64,000 nucleotides of DNA from a virus. Its lineage: Duplodnaviria > Caudoviricetes. The notes below the pieces were generated by a model that was not told the DNA's origin, searched no databases, and was given only the letters and a program-made list of their open reading frames with translations. Of this stretch, positions 63,636 through 64,000 are shown in pieces; position 1 is the first letter of the stretch; every line of letters begins with the position of its first letter. Both the position numbers and the translations under genes were made by a program. The stretch lies in the IMG/VR virus record IMGVR_UViG_2861295632_000001. One strand, given 5' to 3'.

Positions 63636-64000
63636 GGCTCGACTGTCCACGCGCGCATGACCAGGCCCTCGGCCTCGTCGATCTCCACGTCCACGCGGTG
63701 ACCCATGATGCGGGCGAGGTGGACGGCCTCGCGGATGGCGGGCACCGCCGTCTTCAAGGCGTGGAGGTCTAGGACCTCGCTGCCCGCTTCGACGATCAGC
63801 GCGAACGGCTCGCGCCAGTCCTCAGGGATGATTACCTCGACGTCGCCCAGGGTGCGGCGACCGGCACTGGGGTCTGGTAGGTCCGAGCGCCGGACCACGA
63901 CCAGCCCGGCGGCCTCCAGCTTCTCCAGGGTGCGCTCGGCACCCCGGCCCAACGCCTCAAGGGCCGCCGCACGCGCGGCGGCCAAGTCAGGACGGGGCAT
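63632..64000 (-). CDS. hypothetical protein (start at the window edge)
   Basis: ATGA-coupled to the DUF3560 gene; may extend beyond the window. Confidence 0.55.
   Translation of the reverse strand: MPRPDLAAARAAALEALGRGAERTLEKLEAAGLVVVRRSDLPDPSAGRRTLGDVEVIIPEDWREPFALIVEAGSEVLDLHALKTAVPAIREAVHLARIMGHRVDVEIDEAEGLVMRAWTVEP

Noticed and set aside
1-64000. Integrase, att sites, IS elements, reverse transcriptase/DGR, inteins, CRISPR array
   Set aside because: None recognised by eye; element boundaries cannot be set from this window.

Overview
High-GC window covering most of a long-tailed temperate phage (prophage or phage-plasmid), with almost all genes on the + strand. Left to right: (i) late-early DNA-metabolism genes (1-9.0 kb), including an N6-adenine-type methyltransferase fused to a ParB domain, a DEDDh exonuclease and a VRR-NUC nuclease; (ii) a structured ~580-nt leader, then a translationally coupled six-gene operon directly before the terminase (ParB-like, cupin, PAPS-reductase-family PP-loop protein, class II glutamine amidotransferase, IbrA/YbdN-like, IbrB/YbdM-like). 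This operon is the best candidate for an undescribed DNA-modification system; (iii) terminase, portal, prohead protease/scaffold, capsid, neck, tail tube, tail chaperone with a -1 frameshift site, a 2.6-kaa tape measure with an M23 peptidase, and receptor-binding proteins; (iv) an expanded lysis cassette with an M15 endolysin and a thermonuclease; (v) a second structural module ending in a fiber-like protein with a PhoD domain; (vi) accessory cargo: MmeI-like R-M enzyme, a convergent DUF5131/TcmP pair, a membrane-anchored Mrr-like nuclease and DUF3560. Lower-GC morons (wHTH-like protein, YfbU, RelE-HTH toxin-antitoxin plus a membrane protein) interrupt the backbone. Many accessory genes have TANNNT 6-7 nt before the start codon (leaderless), which together with the GC content suggests a Deinococcus-like host (inference). 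I saw no integrase, att site, CRISPR array or canonical tRNA. All family calls come from reading motifs by eye, not from database searches.
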